Positions 26,912-40,639 are shown, counted from the first letter of the stretch. The stretch is DNA of 64,000 nt from Octopus sinensis (GCF_006345805.1 NC_043009.1:53754001-53818000); one strand, 5' to 3'. Made by a program: numbers and translations. The notes: a model not told the origin generated them from the letters alone.

Positions 26912-27066
26912 CACATATATGTGATAAGGCTTCAACGAGTAGAAAAGCACTCGATCAGCAAAGCCACCACCACCTACTACTATTGCTACTATTACTTCTA
27001 TTTCTAACAATCATATCAATAATGGTGATGATAATAATAATAATAATAATGATGGTAATAATAATA

Positions 27067-27295
27067 ATTAAATATGGGTACGAGTTAACGGGTGCAGGGC
27101 ACCAACTTGCTGAGGAATAGGTAAAAGACGAAAATTAGAAGATAAAGATCCCATGAGATATTGTTTTCCTGACCCTCGGGAAGTTAGAGCAACGAAACCC
27201 GGATATAGTGGCCTTTGGAAGGGACAAATAATAGTAGTTAATAATTGACGTAGTAATGCCAGGAGTTCAACATAGTGTCATGAAAGGAAAAGATA
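27067..27295 (+). mobile_element. R4/Dong-like RLE endonuclease remnant
   Basis: KYGYE...KIKIP*DIVFLTLGKLEQRNPDIVAFGRDK***LIIDVVMPG contains the (R/N)PD...D motif and starts directly after a (TAA)n array. Confidence 0.75.
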
Positions 27296-27309
27296 TTATT
27301 TACATTATT

Positions 27310-27445
27310 TACATTTGACGATTTTTGTCCTCATCTGGTTTGTTGTTAACACAACGTTTCGGCTGATATACCCTCCAGCCTTCATCAGGCATATTGAGGA
27401 AATTTCGAACCTGGGTTCTCATTCCTAAGGTATTTTTCGATGTTG
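27310..27445 (-). ncRNA. Penelope-type minimal hammerhead ribozyme-like motif within a short repeat
   Basis: Minus strand: CUGAUGA (27388-27382), extra A, stem GGCUG/CAGCC, then GAAAC-GUU with palindromic AACGUU. Confidence 0.55.
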
Positions 27446-27463
27446 TCATTATTATTATTATTA

Positions 27464-27496
<33 letters not shown>

Positions 27497-27517
27497 CATC
27501 ATCATCAATCATCATCC

Positions 27518-27580
<63 letters not shown>

Positions 27581-27656
27581 CATCATCATCATTATTATTA
27601 TTATCATTATTTTATTTATTATTATTATTATTATCATTATTATATTATTATTATTA

Positions 27657-27717
<61 letters not shown>

Positions 27718-27742
27718 CATCATCATTATTATTATTATTAAT
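27445..27742. repeat. (TAT)n/(CAT)n microsatellite
   Basis: Seen directly. Confidence 0.95.
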
Positions 27743-27841
27743 ACATTTGACAAATATCTGTCAAATGTAAATACTGTAACTAATGTACATAATTCCTCAT
27801 TTCTTCAATATAGAACTGTATTAGGAAAAGAAATGTTCAAC

Positions 27842-28100
27842 AAATATGGAAACCTGAAAATTCAGATCCCCAAGATGTGGCAGCTGCGAGAGTCAAACAT
27901 CAAGATTGATTGTTGATATCGGAGTATTGGGTTCAGTACCACCCAACCTGAATAAACACTTTAAAACACCCTACATGCACTCTTCGTGTATTACAAAACT
28001 CGGTTTTACTTGGAACTGCACGCATACTGCGTAAATTACTGACTGCCTGGGGTCTTGGTGTGACTTCACAGACAGTATATATCCCCGGTACACAATGCAT
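27842..28100 (+). mobile_element. R4/Dong-like LINE 3' coding end
   Basis: KYGNLKIQIPKMWQL...DIGVLGSVPPNLNKH...LQNSVLLGTARILRKLL. Confidence 0.8.
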
Positions 28101-28124
28101 TCAATATATAACGTTCACATTATT

Positions 28125-28445
28125 GTCCCTCTCTCGCTCTCTCGTCTCTCGGTCTCTCATCCCACCCTCTCTCACCCACTCCTCCCTCTCTCTCGTTTCT
28201 CCCTCTCTCTTTCTACCTTGTCTCTCTCTCGCCCTCTATCTGTCTCACCTGTCTCTCTCGCCCACTCACTCTCTCTCTCCCTCGCCCCCTTCTCTGTCTC
28301 ACCTCTCTCTCTCGCCTCTCTATCTCGCCCCCTCTCTTTCTCTCGCACTCTTCTATCTCCCCCTCCCTCCCCCTCTCTCTCTCGCCCCCTCTCTCTCTGG
28401 CCTCTTCTCTCTCTCGCTCCCTTCTCTCTCTGTCTCGATGTCTTC

Positions 28446-28505
<60 letters not shown>
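28125..28505. repeat. CT-rich polypyrimidine tract followed by (AAT)n
   Basis: Seen directly. Confidence 0.9.
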
Positions 28506-28507
<2 letters not shown>

Positions 28508-29046
28508 AGAAGAAGAAGGAGTAGGAGGACGAAATCAACGAATGAACGAACGAATCTTTTTCATTATAAAACCAATTTACATCATTAGGATCTTTATAAG
28601 CTTTATTATGCGTAGTATTATCTGGAAATATTGAATGGCGCAGAAATAATTTAAAATTTATGTTATGCCCAACAAATAAGCATTTATTTCTTATTATAAC
28701 TGCAGACAATCGGTTTCACTCAGTTAAACATATAGAAAAAATGTTCTTTAAATTTCTCTATTTAACAAATTAACAAATAATAGAATAATAATGAAAGCAA
28801 CTGGTGAATGCTGTCTAAGTTGTTGGTGAACACAATTTAGTTTTATTTGCTTTTGATATTTTATGTGAAAAAAAAGTATTTTCAATGATTTAATTTGAAA
28901 ACTGAAAAACAACTTATTTATTTTACAGATACACGTATACACTATAGAAATGCGAATATCTGTATTAATTTATACTTACCTCAATACATATATACATATA
29001 CAATACACACACACACATATATATATATATTATATATATATATATA

Positions 29047-29190
29047 CTTTATTTAAAGCAGCAGAAAATCAACAAAACTATTACGCTGAGTTTCACGTGA
29101 AACTCAGAGTAACAGGTTTTGTACGCTAAATTCTTTCACGTGAAACTCAGAGTAAATGTTTTGTTGAATTTTCTGCTGCTTTAAATAAAG
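29047..29190. mobile_element. Short palindromic MITE-like element
   Basis: TIR-like arms ctttatttaaagcagcagaaaat.caacaaaac and gttttgttgaattttctgctgctttaaataaag; internal palindrome ctgagtttcacgtgaaactcag, partly duplicated. Confidence 0.7.
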
Positions 29191-29321
29191 CATATTACTC
29201 TACCACTGGTATATATATATATATATATATTATAATATATTATATATATATATATATTATTTGTACATACACCCTCGTGCGTGTGTGTGTTTGTGTGTGT
29301 GTGTGTGTAGAGAGAGAGAGA

Positions 29322-29560
29322 GGCGCGTGACTTGGCGGTTAGTATGTTGTACTCGTGATTGTAAGATTGTGGATATGGTTCCTGAATCTCGCAGTGTTGT
29401 GTTCTTGAGCAAGACACTTCGTTTCACATGACTCCACTCCATCTACTCAATCGGCAAATATGGCGTAAGCCTACAATGGGAAGGCATCACGTCCAGAGGA
29501 TGAGGCAAATAAATACTACAGAATCCGGAAAAACCAAAATCCTTATGAGCCTACTGTTCA
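29322..29560 (+). mobile_element. Degenerate tRNA/CORE-like SINE
   Basis: ggcgcgtgacttggcggttag head and tgtgttcttgagcaagacactt (CORE-like); similar remnants at about 47843-47970 and 63130-63260. Confidence 0.55.
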
Positions 29561-29962
29561 GGAAGGAATTTGATGATATTTAGAAATTACCATGTTTTCC
29601 AACGCCGAAGAAGCTTCGTCCTTGAGGACGCACAGTAATTTTGACAACCAAAAATTTGAAAAAAAATAAAATAAATAAATAAACATAAAAATAATGTCCT
29701 GGCACTTCGGAAAATTACAGATGGAATAAGAAAAATGCATCACTGTAATCTCCAGTTCTCCACTTAAAATATTCCTTCATTTATTTTGGCTGGTCGTCTG
29801 ACACTTATTTGCGCTATCCCATACGTTGTCTAACCGTGACTGTCTCCCGTTGTGACCTCACACTCGCGTCTGTAAAAGTAACAAAATGCAGCGCTCATCT
29901 TCCTTAACAATTTGTTTTGTGGGACTGTCAGTAGAGACAGCGAAGAGTATGTGATCTCTGAT

Positions 29963-30211
29963 AGTGTAGTGATAACTCCGGATATGTTTGAAAATTAATC
30001 AAGCATGAAAATTTAGTCGTAAACTAGACGGCCGTATCTCTGACATTGAAGGTTTAAAGACTCACGAAATAACAGCAGAAAATTAAAATAAATTATGCAC
30101 TTTGTATTCATTTATCAAACCTATATCTCTAGTCAGTGTAAAGTTTGCACTTACAGTGATATTTCGTTGATGAGACTTCAGACCGAAACATGTCGAGTTA
30201 TCACTACACTG
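29963..30211. mobile_element. Element of about 250 bp bounded by imperfect inverted repeats of about 27 bp (MITE-like)
   Basis: agtgtagtgataactccggatatgtttg versus gaaacatgtcgagttatcactacact. Confidence 0.5.
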
Positions 30212-30364
30212 CCAAAGATCATATTATTTGGGGCATTGTATATCTAATTTTAAATGATATTTCATGGAAAGCCTCTCCTGTCATTTTCATAGGAATTAGT
30301 TATTTGGATAATTTTTTTCTCTTACACGAACACACACACACACACACACGACGCCATGATAGAT

Positions 30365-30542
30365 CGTTAGCTCCTAAACGCATTTTTTTCTCTCTTTGCT
30401 TTTTTTCTGTGTATCTTTCTGTCGAAGAGAGTAGGCTCGAAACGTAAAATACGTTTTCTATTCTTGAGCGCTATACTAATACATTTGTTTGTTTGTACTC
30501 CACCTGCCTTCGTCTTTTGTTTATTTTCGTAAACTTTCCCGT

Positions 30543-30545
<3 letters not shown>
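30365..30545 (+). repeat. Dispersed repeat of about 190 bp carrying a hammerhead-like motif (copy 1)
   Basis: Highly similar to 46570-46770; both copies run into a (TA)n tract after cccgtta. Confidence 0.85.
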
Positions 30546-30628
<83 letters not shown>

Positions 30629-33600
30629 TTGGAAAAGGATGCATTGCCGTTCAATTAAATAATAATATAAATAATATATATGGATGTATGGGTACAGGAT
30701 GTCAACTGTGTAAACAACATGAAGTACGAAAACAAACGAGTTGAATACGCAAATGAGAAACAAGACTAATAAGCACAGAGAACGACCCCTCATCAGTTGT
30801 CAGTTATCTATCTATTCCTCATTTCGAGCATCCAGTGACAATGTGAGTCTTCAAAGACAGTTGTTCTCATAAATTCCAGAATAAAATTTTAGATTTATGG
30901 AGGGTCAAACGAAACGTAACACGGAAAGTTGTTAGACCAGAACGAGAGGAAAATAGTGAACGCTGGGAGATATTTTCCTTGAAAAGGGAAAAGATGGAAG
31001 CGAGAGAAAGAGAACGTCGTTCTGAAAAGAATGATGGTCACGTGATGAAAAGAAAGAAGGACGATGGTCACGTATGAACAACTAGAGAGAGAAAAGAGAA
31101 AGAAGGAAGTGAGAGATAGGCAGATAGAAGACGGTGAACCTTATTCAGCGGCCTTTTGAGTGGAATGGGCTACCTAAACTGGGGAAAATTCTAACTGGAC
31201 CTCACCTGCAAGGTCATGTGCTGTTATTTTAATATGAGATCACCATGTCGCGCACGTGTGTTTGTGATAAATCTGCCTGGTGTACCCTTATCAGACAGGT
31301 AGTCACGATGGGTATATTGGGCTTTGTATATTTGTACCCCAGTGAAAGTTTGCTGGCATGCGCTACTCTCTCACTCAATAATAACAATAACAACAACAAC
31401 AACAACAATAATAAGTTTCAAACTTTGTCACAAGGACAGGAATCTATGAGAGTGGTTAGTCAATAACAATTTCTTCAATATTTGATTAATAACTTGTTTA
31501 GTACATTATTTTATCGACGCTGGATGCATGAAAAGCAATATAACTACGTATATCTATTTATCCATCCATATATATGTGTGTGTGTGTTTGTGTGTGTGCG
31601 TTAGTGTGTGCGCACGTGTGTGTGTGTTTATACATATATATACGGTTTGGTGTTGTAGCAATTTGCATCCTCTACCGTGAGTGTTCATGGTGTATTTGAA
31701 TACAGGTGCACAACGATTCTTCAGGGAAACACTGTATTATATTATGTTAAAGAGAAGCATTTTCAATCGAAGCTGTAATGTAGATATTTCCGATTCCCTA
31801 ATTCATATAATTATGGAAGCTGCATGACAGAATATAGTTAAAATATCCATATAACCGTATAAATTTGTTTACTTGCTGATGAAAAAAAAAGTATCTCCTA
31901 GAAAATATGCAGAGCATTCTTTGAGCTTCTGTTATACTCAAAATAATCATGCTTCCGACATATCTATGGTCTAACTTTGTTAAGAAGATTTCACGCGTAA
32001 GGAAAAGCAAACACGAAGAATCTTCCGAAAAGTTTCAAAATATATGTTACGCCAAGTCTTTACAGAATGTAATAAGACCAAACAGATCTATATTCCTTTA
32101 ATTTGAAAAATGCGAAACTTATAGTGGTACAAAACTTAGATACAGTTCTAATAATATTGTCAACCTCTATGATAAAACTGATAATAGTTCAAAACATTTC
32201 GCTGAATTTTTTAAGTGAAATATCTGGCGATCATCTTCTATGTAGACGAAAGTATAGAACTTTCTGCTGTCGCTCAAATATATACTTATATATCGTTTGA
32301 AATGTTAATTAAATCAGTTCTTTTCATTTATAGAAGTAATAATTTATATTTTCCCGTGGGGTTCATTACTAAACAAATTTGTAAAGTTGTACAGTTTGAT
32401 AAAGTAAAATGTACAAATATATCTGTAGGTTAAACTATACTCTGGTATGTTTTAATATATATATATATATACGCAATAAAGTTGTCTATTCAGTTAGTAT
32501 ACGCATTATATCATTCAGATTTTTGGAGTCGACTTGACGTAGCATTCTATGGGCTTCCTATGTTACATTGAATTCCAGTCGTATTTTTGGAAATAATTAT
32601 ATAAATAGCTCAAAGTAGAGTTTAACTTGTACTTGGTGACGTACAACTTAGTACAAGTATTTGCAATAACAATCCTGTGAAGCCTCGACAACTTTTTCAT
32701 AATATTTGTTTTTTGACTCTATAGATGTGATTCTATATAATCCGTGTGATTTAAATTCTAATGTATCAAATTTACTTTCGGTTGATGAAGGTGCTTAATT
32801 GTATCTGTATCAGTGTAATCATTTCTCAGAAACACAATTTGTGCCTCGGTAAATATATAACTTTTATGAAAACACACGCCTCGAATTGATTTTTGATTCA
32901 GTGACGCAACAAATTATGTCATTGTAAACGAAATGCATGGAGTATTCTAAGACTTCGTCTGTTAAGATGTATCTTTCAGCATTTTGTTAAACATAATAAT
33001 AATAATATTCATAGTTACGAGTTGGTAACGTTGTAATTATGTACATACTCTAAAGTTGTTATTCTACGCATCGATATTGGAAATTCGAAATTTATAAATG
33101 TTGATGGCCATTTTGATACAATATGGAGTGCGATTTTGTGGTTGAGAGTGTATATTTAAGGTGATCAAAAATTTTAATTTTTCTCAATTATTTTCGGTTA
33201 ATGATGATTCTACTCATCCTTTTTCGAATACAACAAGCTTTCAGAAACACAGTATGTGACCTAATATAATATAAAATTTATCGGAAAATGTACAGCATAA
33301 AATTTTCGAATCTGTTACACCATACACACGCAAACAAACACATATCTCCACACGCACACTAATATATATATACACACACATATACATAGACATCCATCCA
33401 GCTACACTCCAACACAGATACACATGACACAAACACACACGCATACATTTACATGTATATAGCTTCATGAAATTTATGTGTGTGTCTGTGTGTGTGCGCG
33501 CGTATCTTAAATAACCATTAATAGCATTATCATTATTATTGTTGTTGATGTGACTGTTGTTATATAGAGATGCAAAGAATGACAAAAGAGCTCAGAGACA

Positions 33601-33802
33601 TTAAATTTGGATTGAAAGAAAAAGAAAGACGAAAGAGGATGACGACGAAGTAGAAGATGAATACAAAACACTGAGTGTATGATATTCTGTTGTGATAGCT
33701 ACATCTTCTGAACTCATATAATACACAAAATTTCTAACATATACGTAACCATAATAAAAAAAAAAACACGTATTTTATATGAATGGATTTATGTACGTTC
33801 TA

Positions 33803-33856
<54 letters not shown>

Positions 33857-33869
33857 GTATGTATATATA

Positions 33870-33919
<50 letters not shown>

Positions 33920-34072
33920 CTATATATGATATATATGATATATATATATATATATATATATACATAAACACACACACACATTACATACATATATATATAT
34001 ATATACATATACATAGATGTAAATATGCACACATATATATATGAATATATATATACATATGCATATATAGAA

Positions 34073-34105
<33 letters not shown>

Positions 34106-35032
34106 ATATATGGATGTACATCTTTTATATACGTATTTATAATATATATATATATATATGGATGTACATCTTTTATATACGTATATATAATATATATATA
34201 TATACATATATACATACACACACACATATATATAGATATATATATAAAACCCACCATTAAATCTTTGTATACAATATGCCTGCCTAACTCGTGGAGAAAT
34301 TAATCATAATAGACTGTCTCAGCTTGGTGTCGTTTGAAGTACTCTATGTATCGTTTACACACAACGGAAGAGTTTTGTTAAATTAAATTTTATGTCGCTA
34401 AGCTTCCTATTATATATGTTCATCCATCTTGCATTTCAAGACTTTCATTTTATTTTGTTTCCTTTTGTCAATTATTTTCTTTGTTAGTTGTTAAATAAAT
34501 TAGATAACAACAATACACGTATACATTAATAGACATATGTCGGGTTGGATATTCCCAAACGTATACATAACATGAACGCACGCACGAACACGCACGCACG
34601 CACACGCACGTAGACACACACACACACACATATACATTTCCTTTTCATATGTGTGTATGTATGTATGTATATATGCATGTATATATATATATATATATTT
34701 ATATATATGTGTGTGTGTATGTATATATATATATGTAAATATTGCCTATGATGCCTATATGCGTATACACATACACAAACACACACACACACATATATTA
34801 TATGCACACGCATAAAGCAAGCGTATACACAATGTGTACGCATTTATATATACATATATAGAGAAATACATAGTTATACATCACATACATACATTCATAC
34901 ATACCTACATATATACATATATATACATACATACATATACCTTCGAATATATACATATTCATATATTCATATATATTTATACATATATATATATGTATGT
35001 ATACATATATATATATATATATATGCGTGTGT

Positions 35033-35075
<43 letters not shown>

Positions 35076-36079
35076 GATATATACATATATATGTGAGTAT
35101 ATATATATATATGCATATATATCTACATATATACATATAAATATATATACATATATATACATGCATACATACATTTATATATATATATGTATGTATACAT
35201 ACATACATATATACATGCACTCAGGCATATAGATGTCTGAGAGCGTAGGGGTGTCTGTTTGTATTTGTAGTCGTGTGTGAATGTTTGTATGGAAACGTCC
35301 TTTCGCTGCGAACACAATGAATCTATTTATATAAATGATACAAATTCAGATGACCATTCTCTCCATTAAAATGATCACCAGTGTTGACTAAACAAAGGTG
35401 CGAAAATATATTATGTTCGTGTCGTTGAATGACAGTGTATGTGTCTGTGCATATGCACTACAACTCTGTGTGTTTGCCTGCGTTTCTGGTTATGTGTATA
35501 TTTGTGTTTGCGCGCAACTGTGTGTGTGTTTGCGTGCGTGTGCGTGATTGTAATGTAGAGTGTTTTATTTCGTTATGGACCAATATCCAAAACTTTATGT
35601 TATGGTCAGTCTCTATGTTTAGTCTTTTATTTCTGATTGTCAAACTGTCCCTTCGAAATTCTATGAACATTTTCTGTTGTATAGGTCTCTACTAGATTCA
35701 AAGTATGTCTAGATTTTTCTCGATTTCCATTTTTACACATAATTCCTATGTAATTAATTTCTACTTGTTTTACTATAATTAAACGTTCACCAATAATTTA
35801 TTCTATTTTTATCATATTAAAGTAACATTATTTAAAATGTTACAAATATTTAAATACTCTGCTAGTATTTAAATATTGCGCGGGAATGGAATGAAATTTT
35901 TCTACATATGGGAATAATAATAATAATAATAATAATATAATAATAATAATAAATAAAGAAGAGAAGAAGAAGAAGAAGAAGAAGAAGAAAGAAGATGAAG
36001 AAGAAGAAGAAGAAGAGAAGAAGAAGAAGAAGAAGAAAGAAGAAGAGAAGAAGAAGAAGAAGAGAAGAAGAGAGAAGAG

Positions 36080-36468
36080 AAAATATAAAGACCTACTCAT
36101 TGAAATGAGAAAATGTGGCATCCCAAGCGGTTACAATACCAGTGATCGTAGGAGCACTAGGAATGATCAGAAGGGGACCGAAAATATATGAGAATGATCC
36201 CTGGCTTACCATCCCTGCAAGAAGTGCAAAAGATTGTCTTAATGGTACATCCACGTATTGAGAAGAGCATTGTCGATGTGAGAACTGTTGCTGCTCATGT
36301 ATTTTAAAATAACTTTAAAAAAAAATGAACGAACTATTGAGGTTGGTTTATTGGCCTACCAATGTATACTATGAGTTTCTTTGCCCTAGGAGTCGGGAAG
36401 ACACTCGGCAAGAAATGGAAGCAAATTTGAAAGAAGAAAAAAAAAGTAATAATAATAATAATAATAAA
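36080..36468 (+). mobile_element. R4/Dong-like LINE 3' end with 3' UTR and (TAA)n tail
   Basis: KYKDLLIE..KMWHPKAVTIPVIVGALGMIRRG...MIPGLPSLQEVQKIVL...LRRALSM* with frameshifts, ending in aataataataataa. Confidence 0.85.
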
Positions 36469-36544
36469 CTAAAATACCAAATTTACCACTTTTATGAAAG
36501 GAGATAAATTCTATTACATATGTTGAAGGAAACTACGTAAGAGC

Positions 36545-36731
36545 TTATCTGTAAACAACATTCTTCGTTTTCTGGTTTGGAGCATAGACAAATATGTCTT
36601 CCAAACTACCTACCCTGGAGCAACCAACAACGTTGACCATGAGAAAAGCAAGCTAGTAGATTTCAAAAACTGACCTTCAGCTGTATTAATAGACATAGCA
36701 AAAAGAAATCGCACTGAAAATTGTGTTCGTT

Positions 36732-36777
<46 letters not shown>

Positions 36778-36990
36778 AACAATCAAAATACACATCGAGA
36801 TCACATAGTCAGTTCCACAACATAATGCACATCTTCTTAATGATTCGAGCAGTGTTAACGTAATTCCAACTAAACTTAAGTATGGTTCCACAAGTCTTTA
36901 TAGGTAAAAAGAAAATTTAATCATGACATCGATATTTCGATAATAATTTCTCTTCCAGACACGTCACTTGAAGAATTCAAAAAGGCAATC
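36545..36990 (-). mobile_element. Helitron RepHel PIF1-type helicase C-terminal remnant
   Basis: LSLVGITLTLLESL..ALCCGT and RTQFSVRFLFAMSINTAEGQ...FSHGQ..VGCSRVGSLEDIFVYAPNQKTKNVVY match PIF1 helicase C-terminal motifs; interrupted by (TAG)n. Confidence 0.8.
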
Positions 36991-37519
36991 CAAGTACGTC
37001 GGCTATTTGAAAGAACATGCAACTGTATTCGTTATCTCTAAAAGATCCTCAGTACAATCAATCCATATTGAAATGCTCCATATAATTTGTGGCGTATACA
37101 TAAGAGTAAAGAGCTTCACAAACCACAATATAAATTTGAGGCCATGACGTTCTCGAAATGGTTCAATATTAACTACTAAAATACAGAAAAGCTACACAGA
37201 GTAGGGGTTTTTTTTCAGTTGTCAAAAAATTTTCAACCGAAATAAAGGCTTTTTGACACAAGGAATCCGGAAATGCCAAGCGTTTATTACCATCACGTCA
37301 AGACTTCAATATAGTGGATCCATAAAGTTCCATTGGTTTTTCAATAAGACACTTACGTGGAACAAGGCTTAGTATACAAACGTACATAGGTATTGGCTTT
37401 TCTTCAAAATCAGAATATTTTTACAATCTACTGGAAAACTAGTAAAACTTTTTTTTTTAATTTACACTAAAATTACATTATTTTTTATGCTTAATTTCCC
37501 CCAAATTTGCCAATTTCGA

Positions 37520-38056
37520 ACTCGGATGCAAAAACAATAGCCCGCCATCATATGCAAATTATATTTGCCATGATATCTTTGTTCCATTGATTTTGCTCTA
37601 GTGGAAACGTTCTCTCAGCACGTCGCTTGTGTCACCGAGATTTTCAGGGAAATTATCAAGGTGATTGTGACGATAGTGCAGCTTTATGCTCATATTTGCT
37701 CCTAACTTTTGAAAGTTCTTCAGCAGGTTGTCGGCTGTTTCGCCATAATTGTTCGGTTTCTTCTTGCCTAGAAAGTCACTCAGAATTAGTTTCTAATAAT
37801 TCTATACTGCTGCTTCAATGCATTTCATTGAATTTACAAAGTTCTTATCCTTTATCAATTTGTGTTGTGATTTGATACGCATCAAATATTCCAGCTTATA
37901 TCTTTCACTACTCAGACCGAGAAATGTGATGTAGATATAGTGAAAGCAGAGTCCATCTTTATCAAAAGCTTCATCAAACTGCTTCGTAATGCCAACTTTG
38001 ATATGGAGTGGAGGTAGAATGATTTTTCGCGGTTGAACTAAAGGCTCTTCAACCAC
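37520..38056 (-). mobile_element. Decayed DNA transposase, probably Chapaev3 (CMC)-like
   Basis: PLVQPRKIILPPLHIKVGITKQF...FLGKKKPNNY...LGANMSIKLHY.HNHLDNFPENLGDTSD..RERFH...MEQRY; family assignment is from memory of the motifs. Confidence 0.7.
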
Positions 38057-38586
38057 ATAAAATGACCCACATAATAAAAAAAAAGCATTGAAATTTCACA
38101 GGTAAACAATGCACTTTTCTGAAAAATTAGGAAAATTGTAAAAAAATTGGGGACTGGAATTTGGTATCCGTTTTTAGAATCAGCATATTAAAACAATCTT
38201 CCAATCGGGCAAAAACGACCTGACAAGAAAATATCTGTTGGTTTGTGTTATAGTTTTGATTGGTTATTTCTTTCAGCAATGAAAGTATATTATCTTATAG
38301 ATATATATACGGTAACTGAGGTGGAAGCAAGGTGGTCTGCTAATCACCAGTACGACCAGACCTTTACGTTGCATACGGCTGAAACTCATTCGTTTTAAAT
38401 ATCTTCGCCATTAGACGCGTTCTTTGTGTGCCTGTTAAACTTTATTATCCGAGATTTGCTGCAACGAATATTAATCTCTACATACATATTTTGCATAATG
38501 AATTGTGTGTGTGCACATTTCTTTCTTTGTACTGACATACACACAGAAACACATACTCATTATTCTCTCTTTTTTCTCTCTCCCTG

Positions 38587-38659
<73 letters not shown>

Positions 38660-39030
38660 TTATATGCCTCTATCTATCTGTATATTTCTCTTTGTCTCTG
38701 CATTTCTGACTGCCTAGCTGTCTGCTTCTCTTCTGCTCCTCTGCTCAACTACTCTCTCTCTCTCTCTCTCTCTTTCTGCCTTTCTTCTCTCTCTCGACCC
38801 TTGCAAACATATTCTCACTCATGCGCATACAAATACATATACGTTGATATCTAGGTCTCTCTAATTGTCTGTGTGTCCATCTATCTGTCTACCTATTTAT
38901 CTATCAATCTTTCTATATTAAGATCTATCGATATGTATATGTGTGTATCCATTTAACTTTTTATCTCTTTTTCCCACATACATGCATACATACACATACA
39001 TACATACATACATACATGTGTATGCAGCTA

Positions 39031-40538
39031 CACAGGCGAAAATAAATTTAAGACTGATATATTTTATTATTAACACCATACAAATTATTTTTATCGTTTA
39101 CACCTTATACAGAATTTATTTCTCTTTCGAATGATGCAGACAATAACTATTTTTATACAACTTGAAGAATTCTAATGCTAATTTAATATAAACGTTTCAA
39201 ATTTACCTACAAAATTAGCTTAAGACCGTATCATTATGATTTTATTTAAAGCTTAAGATTGTAGCAAAAAGGAGCAACAAGAACGAAATACATATTAGTA
39301 CTTTGTGCTGTAGCCTTTATTCTTGATAACGGTTGAACAACGCCTCGGAATTGAATTCGCTGAGTGATTACAAAATTCTATGGGAATGTTTTGCCATATC
39401 TCATTGATATAAAGGAATAATTGTGTTAGATTAGAAGGTTTTTTAGCATGGACTTTTTTGGAAATATAATTCCACAAGTTCTTGATCACCATATTATGGT
39501 GATCAAAAAATTCCATAACCTTTTTGGCTTTGTGTACAGGACTATTGTCCTGCTCATAAATACCACCCGGAGGCATTTGGTGAGTCAAGTATGGTACAAC
39601 ATTATCCTTTAGTAGATTCATATAACCTACACTATCTAGCTTTCCATCAACTTTAACTAGAGGGCCAACACCAAAGCTACTAAATGCCGCCCACATCATC
39701 ACACCCCTACTACCCGCTTGTGACGTCTTTTTCAAGCATTTTGGATAGAAGCGTTACTCGTCACTCCAAAGGACTCTGCACCAATCTTCAGCATTCCATT
39801 GACCATGGCCTTTTGCGAAATTAAGGCGTTGAGTCGACCTCTTTCGGATATTATTGGCTTTTTCCTAACGATTCGTCCATGTATTCCAAATTCTCTCAAA
39901 CACGATTAGTGATATAAAAATAACACCAGTCTCATTGGACAATTGTTTACACATGTCAAAGGCTGTCTGCATTCGGTTGCCTTCCAATATTATGTGGATT
40001 CGACGGTCCAACTGCGCCGTCGTTTTTCTTGGCGCGACAGTCCTTTGCCGATCTTTATATTGACTAGTCTCCGAGTATAACTCCCACGCTTGCATGCAAG
40101 CCGTTTTAATGCACTTTACTTGCTTGCTGATGTTCGAAAAGGAAACGTTTTGCTGGTGGAGTAATACGAATTTTGCTCTTGTGACTGGACTGAGGCTACG
40201 CTGTTTTCCCATTATTACTCAATTGTATAATAACGTTAAATTATAACACTATATAGTGCAGTTAGGCTAGTTTTGTGACCGCCCATCTTGGCAACAAAAT
40301 TTGCATACATATTACATGGTCTTAAACTAATTTTGCCAGTGAATTTGAAACCTTTATATTAATTGAGCATTATAATTCTTCAAGTAGTATAAAATTAGTT
40401 ATTGGCTGCATCATTCGAAAGAGAAATAAATTCTGCATAAGGTGTAAAAGATAGAAATAATTTGTATGGTGTTAGTAACAAAATATTTTGTAAGAAATAA
40501 AACTTTTATCATCGGTCTTAAATCTATTTTCGCCAGTT
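39031..40538 (-). mobile_element. Full-length Tc1-family transposon with about 200-bp IR/DR TIRs and TA TSD
   Basis: TA|cacaggcgaaaataaatttaagac ... gtcttaaatctattttcgccagtt|TA; TIRs at about 39031-39230 and 40315-40538, each with an inner repeat of the terminal motif. Confidence 0.92.
39295..40212 (-). pseudogene. Tc1 transposase pseudogene
   Basis: MGKQRSLS...paired-like HTH; WCRVLWSDE; VMMWAAFS..GVGPLV; EQDNSPVH; RRCSTVIKNKGYSTKY. Has frameshifts, a stop and a deletion of the SPDLNPIE segment. Confidence 0.9.
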
Positions 40539-40639
40539 TATCTATCTTTTTATCTTTCTCTCGATCTCTCTACCTATTTCTCTGTCAATGTTTCTACATT
40601 GAGGTCTTAACATCGCATCCATCTATATGTATATGTGTT

